From a virus (lineage: Duplodnaviria > Caudoviricetes): a stretch of DNA of 64,000 nucleotides. A program made the position numbers and the translations under genes. Every line of letters begins with the position of its first letter. Position 1 is the stretch's first letter. The stretch lies in IMG/VR virus record IMGVR_UViG_2706795248_000001, positions 3,618 through 67,617 of that record; one strand, written 5' to 3'. Of this stretch, positions 39,330-48,078 are shown one piece after another. The notes beneath the pieces are model-generated. The model was not told where the DNA came from. It ran no database searches and saw only the letters and a list, made by a program, of their open reading frames with translations.

Positions 39330-39794
39330 TCAGTCGCGCTTCTCGGCCCACAGGACCCGGCCGTCGGCCGTCACGCCGACCTGCTCGAACTGCGGCGGCA
39401 CCGCGACCTCGATCTCGGCCATGGCGTCGGCCATTCGCTCCTGCGCGTTGGAGTGGCAGAGCTGGTCGACGGCCTCCTTCAGCTTCGCGAAGGGGATCGT
39501 GCCGGAGATCGTGGTGTCGACGTTCCCGGACTTAACCAGCAGGATCGCCGGAGTCGAGGTCAGCGAGGCTCGTTCGAGGAAGGAGATGACCCGCTCGTGT
39601 CCGGTCCAGTAGTCGCACGAGGCGAAGCGGAGGTTCCGGTAGATCGGCAGCTCATTGATGGCGTCGGCGAGGTAGTCGTACGTCGGGTCGCCGGGTCGGC
39701 CGACGAGGACCAGCCAGCGGGGAGAGCGGCTCTCGCTGGTCACCCGCTCGTAGACGGCGGGGTTGTTCAGGGGCGCAAACTCGATGGTGGGCAT
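39330..39794 (-). CDS. Thioredoxin-fold-like protein without CxxC
   Basis: RFASCDY...LTSTPAILLVKSGNVDTTISGTIPFAKLKEAVDQL resembles the Trx C-terminal half; SD GAAGGAG. Confidence 0.55.
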   Translation of the reverse strand: MPTIEFAPLNNPAVYERVTSESRSPRWLVLVGRPGDPTYDYLADAINELPIYRNLRFASCDYWTGHERVISFLERASLTSTPAILLVKSGNVDTTISGTIPFAKLKEAVDQLCHSNAQERMADAMAEIEVAVPPQFEQVGVTADGRVLWAEKRD

Positions 39795-39817
39795 GAGGCT
39801 CCTTCAGGGACGAGAGA

Positions 39818-39853
39818 AGCGGGTGGACCGACCCCTCAATCGGTCCACCCGCT
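39818..39853 (-). terminator. Perfect 14-bp hairpin (leftward terminator)
   Basis: AGCGGGTGGACCGA / TCGGTCCACCCGCT, followed by TCTCTC on the minus strand. Confidence 0.75.
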
Positions 39854-39917
39854 CCAGGTGGTGGATCAGAACGCGCTGCGGCGCTTCCGACCGGTGGGCT
39901 TCGGCTCGGGCTCGGGC

Positions 39918-40808
39918 TCAGGCTCGGGCTCTTCGTCTTCCGGCTCGTCCTCGTCGGTCCTCGTCGATGTAGCCGTCCTCGTCGCTGTCCGGGTCGACGT
40001 ACTCGTCCTCGTCGACGGGGTCCTCTTCCGGCTCCGGCTCGTCTTCCGGCTCCGGCTCCGGATCGGGCTTCGGCTGACGGCGCGCGGTGCGCTTGGCCTT
40101 GGCCTTCTCGACCTTCTCCGGCTCCTCGTCCTCGTCGTAGTCCGTGGGCTCGTCGGACACGTCGTCGGCGTCGAGTTCGTCGTCGTCCACCACGATCTCG
40201 TCGTCGTCGACGATCACCGGCTCCTCGGTCGAGCCGCCGGAGGGCACCTCGTGGCCGGAGGGGTAGATGTCGTTGATCCGGAGCTGGCGGCGCGGCGTCT
40301 TCTTGATCGTGCCGTCCTCCTGCTTCTCCTTCACGACGTAGCTGTCGTTCTTCGTCGACACCACGACCGGGATGCCCTTGAAGCCCTTGCCACCCATCGA
40401 GAACTGGCCGAGGCGGATGATCTTCTCGCCCTTGTCGTCCATGACGGCACTGCCGCCCCAGAACACCGCTCGGAGCTTGTCGTCGCCGGAGATCGCGTCG
40501 AACAGGCGGTTGATCTGGCCGATCTTCAGGTCGATGTACTCCTCCTCCATGCTCTCGGGGATCACGAGGCGATGGAAGATCGCGTAGCCGTTGTACTTCT
40601 CGTGCTCGTGGCCCTTCGGCGCGTCGAGCTCGATGATGGTGACCAGCATCGTCTTGTCACCCTTGCGGGTCGGCTTCACGCCGATCTGCTTGATTTTGGC
40701 CGAGTAGACCCCCATGGGAGGGGTGGAACCCGAGTAGTTGGAATACCCCTCGACAGCCTTGACCTTTGCGGCCTCGGCTCCGAGCTTCAGCTTCAGCTTG
40801 ACGCCCAT
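39918..40808 (-). CDS. SSB-like (DUF669-type) protein with long acidic tail; natural end probably 39866 (see findings)
   Basis: PPMGVYSAKIK motif, Asp/Glu-rich C-terminus, follows AAA ATPase. Confidence 0.7.
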   Translation of the reverse strand: MGVKLKLKLGAEAAKVKAVEGYSNYSGSTPPMGVYSAKIKQIGVKPTRKGDKTMLVTIIELDAPKGHEHEKYNGYAIFHRLVIPESMEEEYIDLKIGQINRLFDAISGDDKLRAVFWGGSAVMDDKGEKIIRLGQFSMGGKGFKGIPVVVSTKNDSYVVKEKQEDGTIKKTPRRQLRINDIYPSGHEVPSGGSTEEPVIVDDDEIVVDDDELDADDVSDEPTDYDEDEEPEKVEKAKAKRTARRQPKPDPEPEPEDEPEPEEDPVDEDEYVDPDSDEDGYIDEDRRGRAGRRRARA

Positions 40809-40840
40809 TGTGGTGTGTTTCTCCTAGTTCCCTGGGTGGG

Positions 40841-41662
40841 TTACTTCTTCGAGCCAGCGGGTGCGGGCTCGTCGTCCTCGACGGCGTTTGCCTCTTCGAT
40901 CTTCGCCGCGATCTTCATGAGGTTCGGGCTGACCGTGCGGGGCCCGAGTGCGTCGAACCGGTCCTTCGCGATGACCGATCCGTCGGAGCTGGCCCACTGG
41001 ATGACCCGCGCATTGACCGTCTTGTTGGTCCTCGCGTTGGTCACCTGGGCCTTGTGCATGTAGCCGACGCAGTGCATCTGCGCAGCGATCCAGTTCGCGA
41101 CCTTGTAGCCCTGGCCGTGGAACTGGGGCATCCGGAGCTGCTTGCCCTCCTCGTTGTCGACGAGCATCGCGTGCGCGGTCCAGCAGACGTTGATCGGCAG
41201 GTCGTTGATCAGCGTCACGTAGCGCATGAGGCGCTGCTGCTCTTTGCCGTACTCGTCGAGGTGGACCTTGTCCGGATCCAGATCCTTCGCGGTGCCCTCC
41301 TCGACGCGCTCGGCGACGATGTCGCGCCGGATGTTGAGCTGGAGCTGGGTGCCGGTGTCGATGCACACCCAGTCGAACGGGAAGCCCGGCGATCCGGCGT
41401 GGTCGCGCAGCCACTCGTAGGCGTTCTTGAACTTCTCCCACGAAGCGACGCAGTCCCAGACCTTCGATCCCTCGCCGCCAGCGGACTTGCGCGCGGAGAT
41501 CGTGCCGTTCTCGGTGGCCAGGAACAGGACCCGGCCTCCGGTCCCGGCGAAGCGGGTCTTGCCGACGCCAGGGTCGCCGTAGACCAGCATCGTGATGGAT
41601 TCGGTGTACTCGTCGATGTCGACGATGTCGTCTGGAAGGTCGAACTCGATGTCGGTGCTCAT
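40841..41662 (-). CDS. AAA_24 / Sak4-like ATPase (recombinase)
   Basis: MLVYGDPGVGKTRFA; VCIDTGT; SD AAGGAG before MSTDIEF. Confidence 0.88.
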   Translation of the reverse strand: MSTDIEFDLPDDIVDIDEYTESITMLVYGDPGVGKTRFAGTGGRVLFLATENGTISARKSAGGEGSKVWDCVASWEKFKNAYEWLRDHAGSPGFPFDWVCIDTGTQLQLNIRRDIVAERVEEGTAKDLDPDKVHLDEYGKEQQRLMRYVTLINDLPINVCWTAHAMLVDNEEGKQLRMPQFHGQGYKVANWIAAQMHCVGYMHKAQVTNARTNKTVNARVIQWASSDGSVIAKDRFDALGPRTVSPNLMKIAAKIEEANAVEDDEPAPAGSKK

Positions 41663-41677
41663 GGCTCCTTGATTCTT

Positions 41678-41717
41678 AGTTGACGTCAACTGTAGCAGTA
41701 AATCACACCGGTGTCAC
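41678..41717 (-). promoter_or_regulatory. Leftward promoter GTGACA-17-TACAGT with 14-bp palindrome AGTTGACGTCAACT over the start site
   Basis: -35 at 41712-41717, -10 at 41689-41694, palindrome 41678-41691. Confidence 0.72.
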
Positions 41718-42917
41718 TCAGAACTCGCCGCGGCGTTCCTCGCGGTGAGCGGCATACGGATCGCGCACCCGATATGCGGCTTCCTTCAGCATCTCGACGT
41801 CGCCACCGTTCTCGTCGGCCAGGCACAGCGCGTAGAAGTCGCAGTCCCACGTGCAGTCCGTCGTCGGCGTCTTGTACAGCGGCAGCCGCCCCTCGCGCAT
41901 CTCGTTCATCACCGCGACCTCGTCGGCGATCCGCTGGATCTGCTTGCGGCGTTCCTTCGAGGTCCGGAACACCGGCTCCCGCTTGAACCGCGGGCTCGGC
42001 TGGCTGTTCGAGACGTCGCCGAGCACCACCAGCTCGCGGGCTTCGGCCTCCAGGATCAGCTCGTCGACCTTCAGCTTCTCGAAGAGCTTCAGGGTCGCCG
42101 GACCCTCATTCGTGCGCCACTCCTCGGCGGGCCCGGCCCACTGCTTGGACTCCCACTCCATCAGCGCGTCGAGGTAGTGCTTCTTCGTCGGCTTGTTGGT
42201 GGCCTGGCCCTGCGCGTTGACCGGCCGCGGGTCCGGCGGGGCCTTCATCAGGAAGTTGTACATGATGCCGTTGATCCGCTCGTTCTTGTGGATCACCCCG
42301 CGGCGCCGGAGCACGGTGTCGGCGACGGCCCAGTAGCCTCCGGCCTGGTCGTCGAGTGGCAGGTGGTGGGTGCGGATCGAGCGCGCCGTCTTGTGGTCCC
42401 AGAGCCAGATCGAACCGTCGGGCAGGTACCGCGCGACGATGTCGAAGGTGCCGTGGAACTTCGCGACCGGGGTCAGGTCTTTCGGCCGCTCCGGGTCGAT
42501 GCCGGTCGAGCGGGGGATACCGATGCCGAACGGCGATTCCGGGGACAGGATCTCCCAGTCCTCGTCGTTGCCGAACTCAACGAGGTAGTTCTCCAGCATC
42601 GCCACGCCGACGGCCTCGGCGTCCATGACCACGGTCTCGGCGTCCTCGGGCAGTCCCGACTTCTTGAACTCGACACGGATCAGCTCACGGACGCCCTCGC
42701 AGTACTCTCGCCACGTCTCGACCAGCGGTCGGCCGCGCTCGGTGCCGGGGATGTACCACTGCTCGAAGGCGAGGTGAATGCCGGTCCCGAACCACAGCGG
42801 GAGCTTCTGCTTCTTCGACTCCAGGCCGTCGCGCCAGGCCCACCACCACCGCTGCGGGCACCGCTTGAAGTCCTTGCGCTCGGACCCGCGGAGCAGCGGC
42901 AGGTCGATCTGGGTCAC
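41718..42917 (-). CDS. RecB/Cas4-like PD-(D/E)xK exonuclease
   Basis: FKRCPQRWWW...FGTGIH...GTFDIV...IWLWDHKT...C-x-W-x-C...C. Confidence 0.9.
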   Translation of the reverse strand: MTQIDLPLLRGSERKDFKRCPQRWWWAWRDGLESKKQKLPLWFGTGIHLAFEQWYIPGTERGRPLVETWREYCEGVRELIRVEFKKSGLPEDAETVVMDAEAVGVAMLENYLVEFGNDEDWEILSPESPFGIGIPRSTGIDPERPKDLTPVAKFHGTFDIVARYLPDGSIWLWDHKTARSIRTHHLPLDDQAGGYWAVADTVLRRRGVIHKNERINGIMYNFLMKAPPDPRPVNAQGQATNKPTKKHYLDALMEWESKQWAGPAEEWRTNEGPATLKLFEKLKVDELILEAEARELVVLGDVSNSQPSPRFKREPVFRTSKERRKQIQRIADEVAVMNEMREGRLPLYKTPTTDCTWDCDFYALCLADENGGDVEMLKEAAYRVRDPYAAHREERRGEF

Positions 42918-43225
42918 GGGAGCAAGACCTCTTCCATGACCGTGACGACCCGCTCGGCGTTGACGCGGAGCATCTGCACGTGGCTGCTCCCGGGGTAGTT
43001 GAACCGCCCCTTGTTGTTGTCTCGCTCGTCGGCGTCTCGGATGGGCAGGAAGGTGACGAAGTCGCGCATGACGTCGTCGTTTTCCACGAGGTAGCCGACG
43101 AACCGCCGGAGCGAGCCTCCGACTCCCTGTTCGTACATGATGGTCGAGAGCTTCTCGTCGACCGGGCCGTATTTGCCGCGGACGTACGCGAGGATGTTCG
43201 GATCAACTCCGCGATTGGTTGCCAT
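42914..43225 (-). CDS. Hypothetical protein
   Basis: ORF with coding-like codon use, overlap coupling. Confidence 0.7.
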   Translation of the reverse strand: MATNRGVDPNILAYVRGKYGPVDEKLSTIMYEQGVGGSLRRFVGYLVENDDVMRDFVTFLPIRDADERDNNKGRFNYPGSSHVQMLRVNAERVVTVMEEVLLP

Positions 43226-43262
43226 GGGGGAGAGTCCCTTTCGTCAGTGCGGGTGGACGGTA

Positions 43263-43439
43263 TCAGTTCATTCGGACAGGGGTGGGGTTCACCCGGCCGC
43301 AGTCGAGGCACACCCGCTGGCCCAGGCGCACCACCGCGGCCGGACGGCCATCCTGGGTGGCCGGTCGGGTGACCCAGTCCTTCACCTGCGTCCGGGTGTG
43401 TTTGCAGCGCTTGTGCGCGCGGCGCTCAGCCCGGTTCAC
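43263..43439 (-). CDS. 58-aa Zn-ribbon microprotein (MNRAERRAHKRCKH...RVCLDCGRVN...)
   Basis: Translated by hand; GTGA overlap with upstream stop; CxH...CxxC. Confidence 0.7.
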   Translation of the reverse strand: MNRAERRAHKRCKHTRTQVKDWVTRPATQDGRPAAVVRLGQRVCLDCGRVNPTPVRMN

Positions 43440-43771
43440 TCGGACCCCATCGGCGGAAACTCGCCGCGGAACACGTGCCAGACGAAGATCCCGTCGCGCA
43501 CGGTCGCGATATGAGATCCGAGCACGTTGGCGATGTTCCCCGTGCCGTACTGGATGCGCTCCTCGTGAACGTTCTGTCCGGTCCCCCGGATCTCGATCGG
43601 GACGAACTGGATCGAGCCCGGGTGCGGGTCGACGATCATCCAGACGTCGATCTGGTTGGACCAGTCGGGATTCATCTGCGCGTCGAGGATACCGATGACC
43701 GTGGCGCCGTCGACCTTGATCTGCTGGCTGTCGGTAACGGGGATAGTGAACTTCCAGATGGTGTGTGTCAC
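43436..43771 (-). CDS. Hypothetical protein (TIWKFTIP...HVF type)
   Basis: GTGA overlap; 3' part of ORF 44086. Confidence 0.75.
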   Translation of the reverse strand: MTHTIWKFTIPVTDSQQIKVDGATVIGILDAQMNPDWSNQIDVWMIVDPHPGSIQFVPIEIRGTGQNVHEERIQYGTGNIANVLGSHIATVRDGIFVWHVFRGEFPPMGSE

Positions 43772-44016
43772 TTGCTCTTTCCCTTCTTGGCCTTCGGGAC
43801 CTTGCGGTATCCCTCGGCGGGGCCGTGATGCGAGACCGAGCTGTTGTCGCTCACGCAATGGATGTTGCCGTTCTGGTAAACCGAGGTCACCTGGCACGGG
43901 GTCATCACCGAGGTCATGTCCTGCCCCTCGACGAAGGTGATCGGCTGGACGTAGTCGCCCGGCCGGATGGAGTGGGACTTCTTCGGCTTCGGAGCCGTGC
44001 GGGGACGTCCGGGCAT
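43768..44016 (-). CDS. Small basic hypothetical protein
   Basis: TAATG overlap with helicase stop. Confidence 0.65.
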   Translation of the reverse strand: MPGRPRTAPKPKKSHSIRPGDYVQPITFVEGQDMTSVMTPCQVTSVYQNGNIHCVSDNSSVSHHGPAEGYRKVPKAKKGKSK

Positions 44017-46082
44017 TACGCTGCCTTCTCTCGCTTGATGGGGGTGAGCAGGGCCTTTGCGAAGTTGACCCCGCGCTGGCCGTCAATGAGCATCTTGGTC
44101 AGACGCTCGCGGTTGCCCGCGGTGAACGCGATGTTCTCCTCGACCGTGCCGATCGTGCGCAGGTAGTGGATCGTCACCTGGTGGATGCGCGAGACGCGGT
44201 GGATGCGGTCCTCGACCTGCTCCTGCTCGTCGGGGATCCACGTTTCGTCGAGGAACACGAGGTCGTCGGCCGCGTCGAGGGTGAGTGAGACGCCGCCAGC
44301 CTGGGTGTTGAGCAGGAACACCCGCGGACCGCCGGGCTGCTGCCACCGGTCCTTGTTGGCCTTCCTCTGCGCCTGGGACACCTTTCCGGTGACCTTCAAG
44401 CACTCGATCCCGAGCTTCTTCAGCTCGACCTCGTACATGTCGAGAATCGAAGTGAATTGGCTGGCCACGACCACCTTTCGCTCTTCCTCGTCCGGCTCGA
44501 TCGAGCTGTGCTTGTTGATCCCGAGCGAGTCGAGGAACTCGACCAGCCAATCGAACTTTGCCGACGGCATCTTCGGCAGGAAGCGGTAGGCCTCCTCGCC
44601 GTCCTTGATGTAGGTCTCGATGTCGCCGTGACAGATCGCGAACTGCTTCAGCCGAGTGAGTTCGGCCAGGAAGCTGTTGGCCACGAGGATGCCCGATTCG
44701 AGCATCGTCTCGGCCTGCTCGGCGATCTCGTGGTAGGACTTCGCCTGCTTCGGGCTCATCTCCAGCCAGTGCCCGATGGGGCTGTTCTCGTCGATGATGC
44801 CGGTGTCGGGGTGTGGCAGCGGGGTCCCGGCGTAGAGCTTGTCCGGCAGCTCGGCGCGCACCTCGCGCTTGGTCCGGCGCAGCATGATCGGCGCGATGTC
44901 CTCGTAGAACAGCTTCGCCTTGGTCTCGTCGAGACCCGCGATCTCGACGTTGCCGCGTTTGCCCTCGCTGTTGCGGATGTCGCCGAGCACGTGGAACCAC
45001 TGCTGAGCCCAGGTGTAGTAGGCGTGGTACTTCTTCGGGTAGAGCCAGTTCAGGGTGCCCCAAAGGTTCTCCGGCTTTCCGCGGAACGGCGTGCCCGACA
45101 GCGCGATCTTCATCCCGTCCTCGCGCACCGGGATCATGCCCGCACCGGCACGGACCTGGGTCTGGGACTGCGGAGTCGCCGAGTGGCAGATCAGGCAGCG
45201 ATGGCTCTCGTCGATGACGAACGCCGACCACTCCCGCTCGTGGAGCTGCGGGTACTTGTGGTCCCACCAGCCGGGCTCGTTGAACAGGCCCATCTTGCCG
45301 GTGCGCTTGTGCGGACGGCGGACCTGGGTCGGCTTGACCCACTCCGAGCGCATCATCTCCAGGTTGACGATGACCCACCGGCGTCGGTTCGTCGGCGCGG
45401 GGCCGAGTCCGTCGAGGATCTTCTTGCGCTTCGGCCCGGTCCCCATCACGGCGATGCACTCTTCGCTGGGGGCCCAGAGCGCGAGCTCGTCCGGCCAGGT
45501 GGTCGCGACGGCGATCGACGGCGCCGCGACGAGGATGTCGCCGGTGAGCTGCGACTCGGCCATCGCGCCGATCGTCTGGAGCGTCTTGCCGAGACCGGGG
45601 TGGTCGGCCAGCAGGCCGTTGCGGGTGTGGTTGAGGAACGCGATTCCCGCTCGCTGGTACGGGTGTACCACACGCGAAATGGCAGGTAGATCGCTATGGA
45701 AGTGCTCCGAGAGGACCGCGTCGCTGCTGGCGCTGGAGAAGTTCTCGATCGCGCCGAGCCGGTCGATCTCGTCGAGGGCCCACTCGTTGAGGCCTTCGGA
45801 GATCGACAGACGGTCGCCGAATGTCTGGCGCAGGGCCTTGCAGTTGGTCAGGGTCAGCGGGAGCGAGCCACCCCCGGCCGCGAGTTTGGTGCCGCCGAGT
45901 TCCTTCAGCCGCTCCTTCATGACCTCGCGCTCGGTGGCGCGCATTCCGGTCGGCCACCAGACCTCGATCGAGGTTGGCGAGCGGTCGTCGTCGGCTAGCT
46001 CAGCCCACAGCTCTCCAGCTCGGAGAGCGTCGATCCGTTCGAGGACGGAAGGGTTGTCGGATTCGAGCTCGATGGCTCCCAT
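44016..46082 (-). CDS. SNF2-family DNA helicase
   Basis: YQRAG...LLADHPGLGKTLQT; VIDESH; LSGTP; SQF; LLNTQAGGVSLTL; QVEDRIHR. Confidence 0.95.
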   Translation of the reverse strand: MGAIELESDNPSVLERIDALRAGELWAELADDDRSPTSIEVWWPTGMRATEREVMKERLKELGGTKLAAGGGSLPLTLTNCKALRQTFGDRLSISEGLNEWALDEIDRLGAIENFSSASSDAVLSEHFHSDLPAISRVVHPYQRAGIAFLNHTRNGLLADHPGLGKTLQTIGAMAESQLTGDILVAAPSIAVATTWPDELALWAPSEECIAVMGTGPKRKKILDGLGPAPTNRRRWVIVNLEMMRSEWVKPTQVRRPHKRTGKMGLFNEPGWWDHKYPQLHEREWSAFVIDESHRCLICHSATPQSQTQVRAGAGMIPVREDGMKIALSGTPFRGKPENLWGTLNWLYPKKYHAYYTWAQQWFHVLGDIRNSEGKRGNVEIAGLDETKAKLFYEDIAPIMLRRTKREVRAELPDKLYAGTPLPHPDTGIIDENSPIGHWLEMSPKQAKSYHEIAEQAETMLESGILVANSFLAELTRLKQFAICHGDIETYIKDGEEAYRFLPKMPSAKFDWLVEFLDSLGINKHSSIEPDEEERKVVVASQFTSILDMYEVELKKLGIECLKVTGKVSQAQRKANKDRWQQPGGPRVFLLNTQAGGVSLTLDAADDLVFLDETWIPDEQEQVEDRIHRVSRIHQVTIHYLRTIGTVEENIAFTAGNRERLTKMLIDGQRGVNFAKALLTPIKREKAA

Positions 46083-46570
46083 GGAATGCGTCCCCCGGAT
46101 TTGATCTGGTCGGTGAGCGTGGTCAGTTTGGTGATGTACTGCGCCTTGGCTTCTCGGCCGGTGAAGGTGACTCCGGCCCACGTGCCGCAGAGCCGTCCGG
46201 CCGAGCCCTGGTGACGAGCGATGGCCTGCGCGGCGGCGAGCGCGTCCCGTGAGCATATGTCGAGGAAGCGACAGTCCTGGACGCACTGTCGGCGCGCCGC
46301 GCGGGCGGGGACGACCGCCGGGACCCCACTGGGGTCGTCGTCATCGTCGGGAATGTAGTCTTCGGCTTGGAGATCGCACGGCTTGGACTCGTTGCGCCAG
46401 TGCCGGAAGCGATCCGGGAGGTCGGGGACCTCGAAGTCCATCGCCGGATTGCCGTCGGTGTTGTAGACCGCGAAGATCTTCGGGTCGATCTCGGCCAGCG
46501 AGCGAGCGATGCGACGCCCGGTCACCGACAGGGACTCGATGCGAGAAGCTCGCGTCCGTCCGATGGTCAC
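45995..46570 (-). CDS. Divergent WhiB-like protein
   Basis: PC...ARRQCVQDCRFLDIC...GTWAGV (CxxxC instead of CxxC). Confidence 0.6.
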   Translation of the reverse strand: MTIGRTRASRIESLSVTGRRIARSLAEIDPKIFAVYNTDGNPAMDFEVPDLPDRFRHWRNESKPCDLQAEDYIPDDDDDPSGVPAVVPARAARRQCVQDCRFLDICSRDALAAAQAIARHQGSAGRLCGTWAGVTFTGREAKAQYITKLTTLTDQIKSGGRIPWEPSSSNPTTLPSSNGSTLSELESCGLS

Positions 46571-46752
46571 GAATTGTCGCCGTGACTCGCCGGGGTCTGG
46601 TCCCGGACGACTCTCGGCTCGCTGCACACGCTCTCGCTGTGGACGGGTCGGCCGTATTCCGCGTAGCGGTCGACGGCCTCGGCCTCGGTCTCGGCCTGGA
46701 CGGCGTACGTGGTCGTGGTCGACTGGTCGATCTCGACGAGGAACTCCTGCAC
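46567..46752 (-). CDS. Small hypothetical protein
   Basis: SD GAAGGAG; YAVQAETEAEA motif. Confidence 0.7.
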   Translation of the reverse strand: MQEFLVEIDQSTTTTYAVQAETEAEAVDRYAEYGRPVHSESVCSEPRVVRDQTPASHGDNS

Positions 46753-46791
46753 GGAGGACTCCTTCTGTGGGTGGTGAGGCGAACGAAAGTC

Positions 46792-46820
46792 AGCCTAGTC
46801 GGTTGACGTCAATTGGTCAA
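46792..46820 (-). promoter_or_regulatory. Leftward promoter TTGACC-17-TAGGCT with TTGACGTCAA palindrome (46803-46812) in the spacer
   Basis: Read directly from the minus strand. Confidence 0.75.
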
Positions 46821-47001
46821 GTGCCTGTTCAGGGGCCGGTTTTTCGACCATCCATCGGCGCGACATGCCCGTCTGGTGGCACTTGTCGCACCCCTTGCCC
46901 GGCCGGTACCCCATCACGGTGAATACCGTGACGTCGATGAGGGCACCGGCATGACCGCAGTTCGAGCACTGGCCGTGCGGAACGAAGACGAGGTCGTCCA
47001 T
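46795..47001 (-). CDS. Zn-ribbon microprotein
   Basis: CSNC...CDKC; TGATG overlap. Confidence 0.7.
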   Translation of the reverse strand: MDDLVFVPHGQCSNCGHAGALIDVTVFTVMGYRPGKGCDKCHQTGMSRRWMVEKPAPEQALDQLTSTD

Positions 47002-47126
47002 CAGGCGTGGAAGTAATGGTTCGGGCTGACGGCGTAGTAGATCGTCGGCACCCAGAACACCATCCAGCCGAACAGCAGGTGCTTGGTCAGGGAGTGACCG
47101 GTCTGGACTCGGGTGTAGTTGCTCAT
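47001..47126 (-). CDS. 41-aa membrane microprotein (MSNYTRVQTGHSLTKHLLFGWMVFWVPTIYYAVSPNHYFHA)
   Basis: Translated by hand; ATGA and TGATG overlaps; resembles a recurrent actinophage small-protein family (from memory). Confidence 0.8.
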   Translation of the reverse strand: MSNYTRVQTGHSLTKHLLFGWMVFWVPTIYYAVSPNHYFHA

Positions 47127-47596
47127 CGCGGCTGCTCCGATTGGGTTCCGTGGTTCTGGTTATCGACCAGGCGATCCTCGGTGACGAAGATCCGATCGAG
47201 CGTGACCTGGCTGCCGTAGAGGGTGACCAGGTCGTAATGCCGGAACGAGTACTCCTCGGCTGCACCGGCGCCGACGTTGACGTGGACCTCCCCGCCGTCG
47301 ATGCTGATCTGGCGCAGCTCGGCGATCACGATCTTGACCGACATCCCGTCGTCACCGAAGCGCTTCGGGAAGCGGACGTACCGGCCGATGTCGCGGGCCA
47401 TCAGCTCGCAGGCGTAGACCTGGATGCAGAGGTCGCCGAGCGACTTCGGGGGCTCCTGGCGCGCGACCCACCCTCCCTGGGAGATCGTCGCCGCGGCGAT
47501 CGTGACGGTCTCTTTCGGATCTTCGAGGTTGTCCATCATGTTGAGCTCGTCGGCCATCCGGTCCTGGTCGGCCTTCTTCTTGCGTGCGGTGCCCAT
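47123..47596 (-). CDS. Hypothetical protein
   Basis: Coupled ORF. Confidence 0.75.
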   Translation of the reverse strand: MGTARKKKADQDRMADELNMMDNLEDPKETVTIAAATISQGGWVARQEPPKSLGDLCIQVYACELMARDIGRYVRFPKRFGDDGMSVKIVIAELRQISIDGGEVHVNVGAGAAEEYSFRHYDLVTLYGSQVTLDRIFVTEDRLVDNQNHGTQSEQPR

Positions 47597-48075
47597 CAGT
47601 CATTGCTCCAATCGGGGTCTTGCTCGGGGACTTCGCTATCGGGGATGTATCGAACCGGCTCTCCGATGGCGTGCGGGGCGATTCGCCAAGTTGCCCCGGA
47701 GAGAGATAGGTGTTTGTTCAGCACGCCGATCTTCGCCAGGGCTGCGAGTCGGCCATACGCCACTGACTCGGTGACTCCCATCGCCCGTGCTGCTTGCTTC
47801 GTGGTCATCTCTTCCCGGTCCGACGATTCGACGATCGAGTAGGTAGAGAACTGCCCGTCGGTCAGAGCCTGGAGTTCTCGACCGTGGTCATCAGTGATTC
47901 CAAGAGCGAAAGGCCTTCTTCTCCGCTTTGACGCGTGCCTTCTTCGGCTCGGTATCTCCTGTTGTGGCTCCGGGGGAGCCGGGTCCACTGATGCTCCGGG
48001 GGAGCACTTCGAGAGGAACTCTGCGATCTCCGCAGGAGTGCCGGTCAGGGTCATTCCCCGGTAGACGGCCTCCAT
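47596..48075 (-). CDS. Winged-HTH-like DNA-binding protein
   Basis: MTTKQAARAMGVTESVAYGRLAALAKIGVL. Confidence 0.7.
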   Translation of the reverse strand: MEAVYRGMTLTGTPAEIAEFLSKCSPGASVDPAPPEPQQEIPSRRRHASKRRRRPFALGITDDHGRELQALTDGQFSTYSIVESSDREEMTTKQAARAMGVTESVAYGRLAALAKIGVLNKHLSLSGATWRIAPHAIGEPVRYIPDSEVPEQDPDWSND

Positions 48076-48078
48076 GGG

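Noticed and set aside
41718-42917. Cas4-like nuclease as a sign of CRISPR-Cas
   Set aside because: No repeat-spacer array or other cas genes; context is phage recombination
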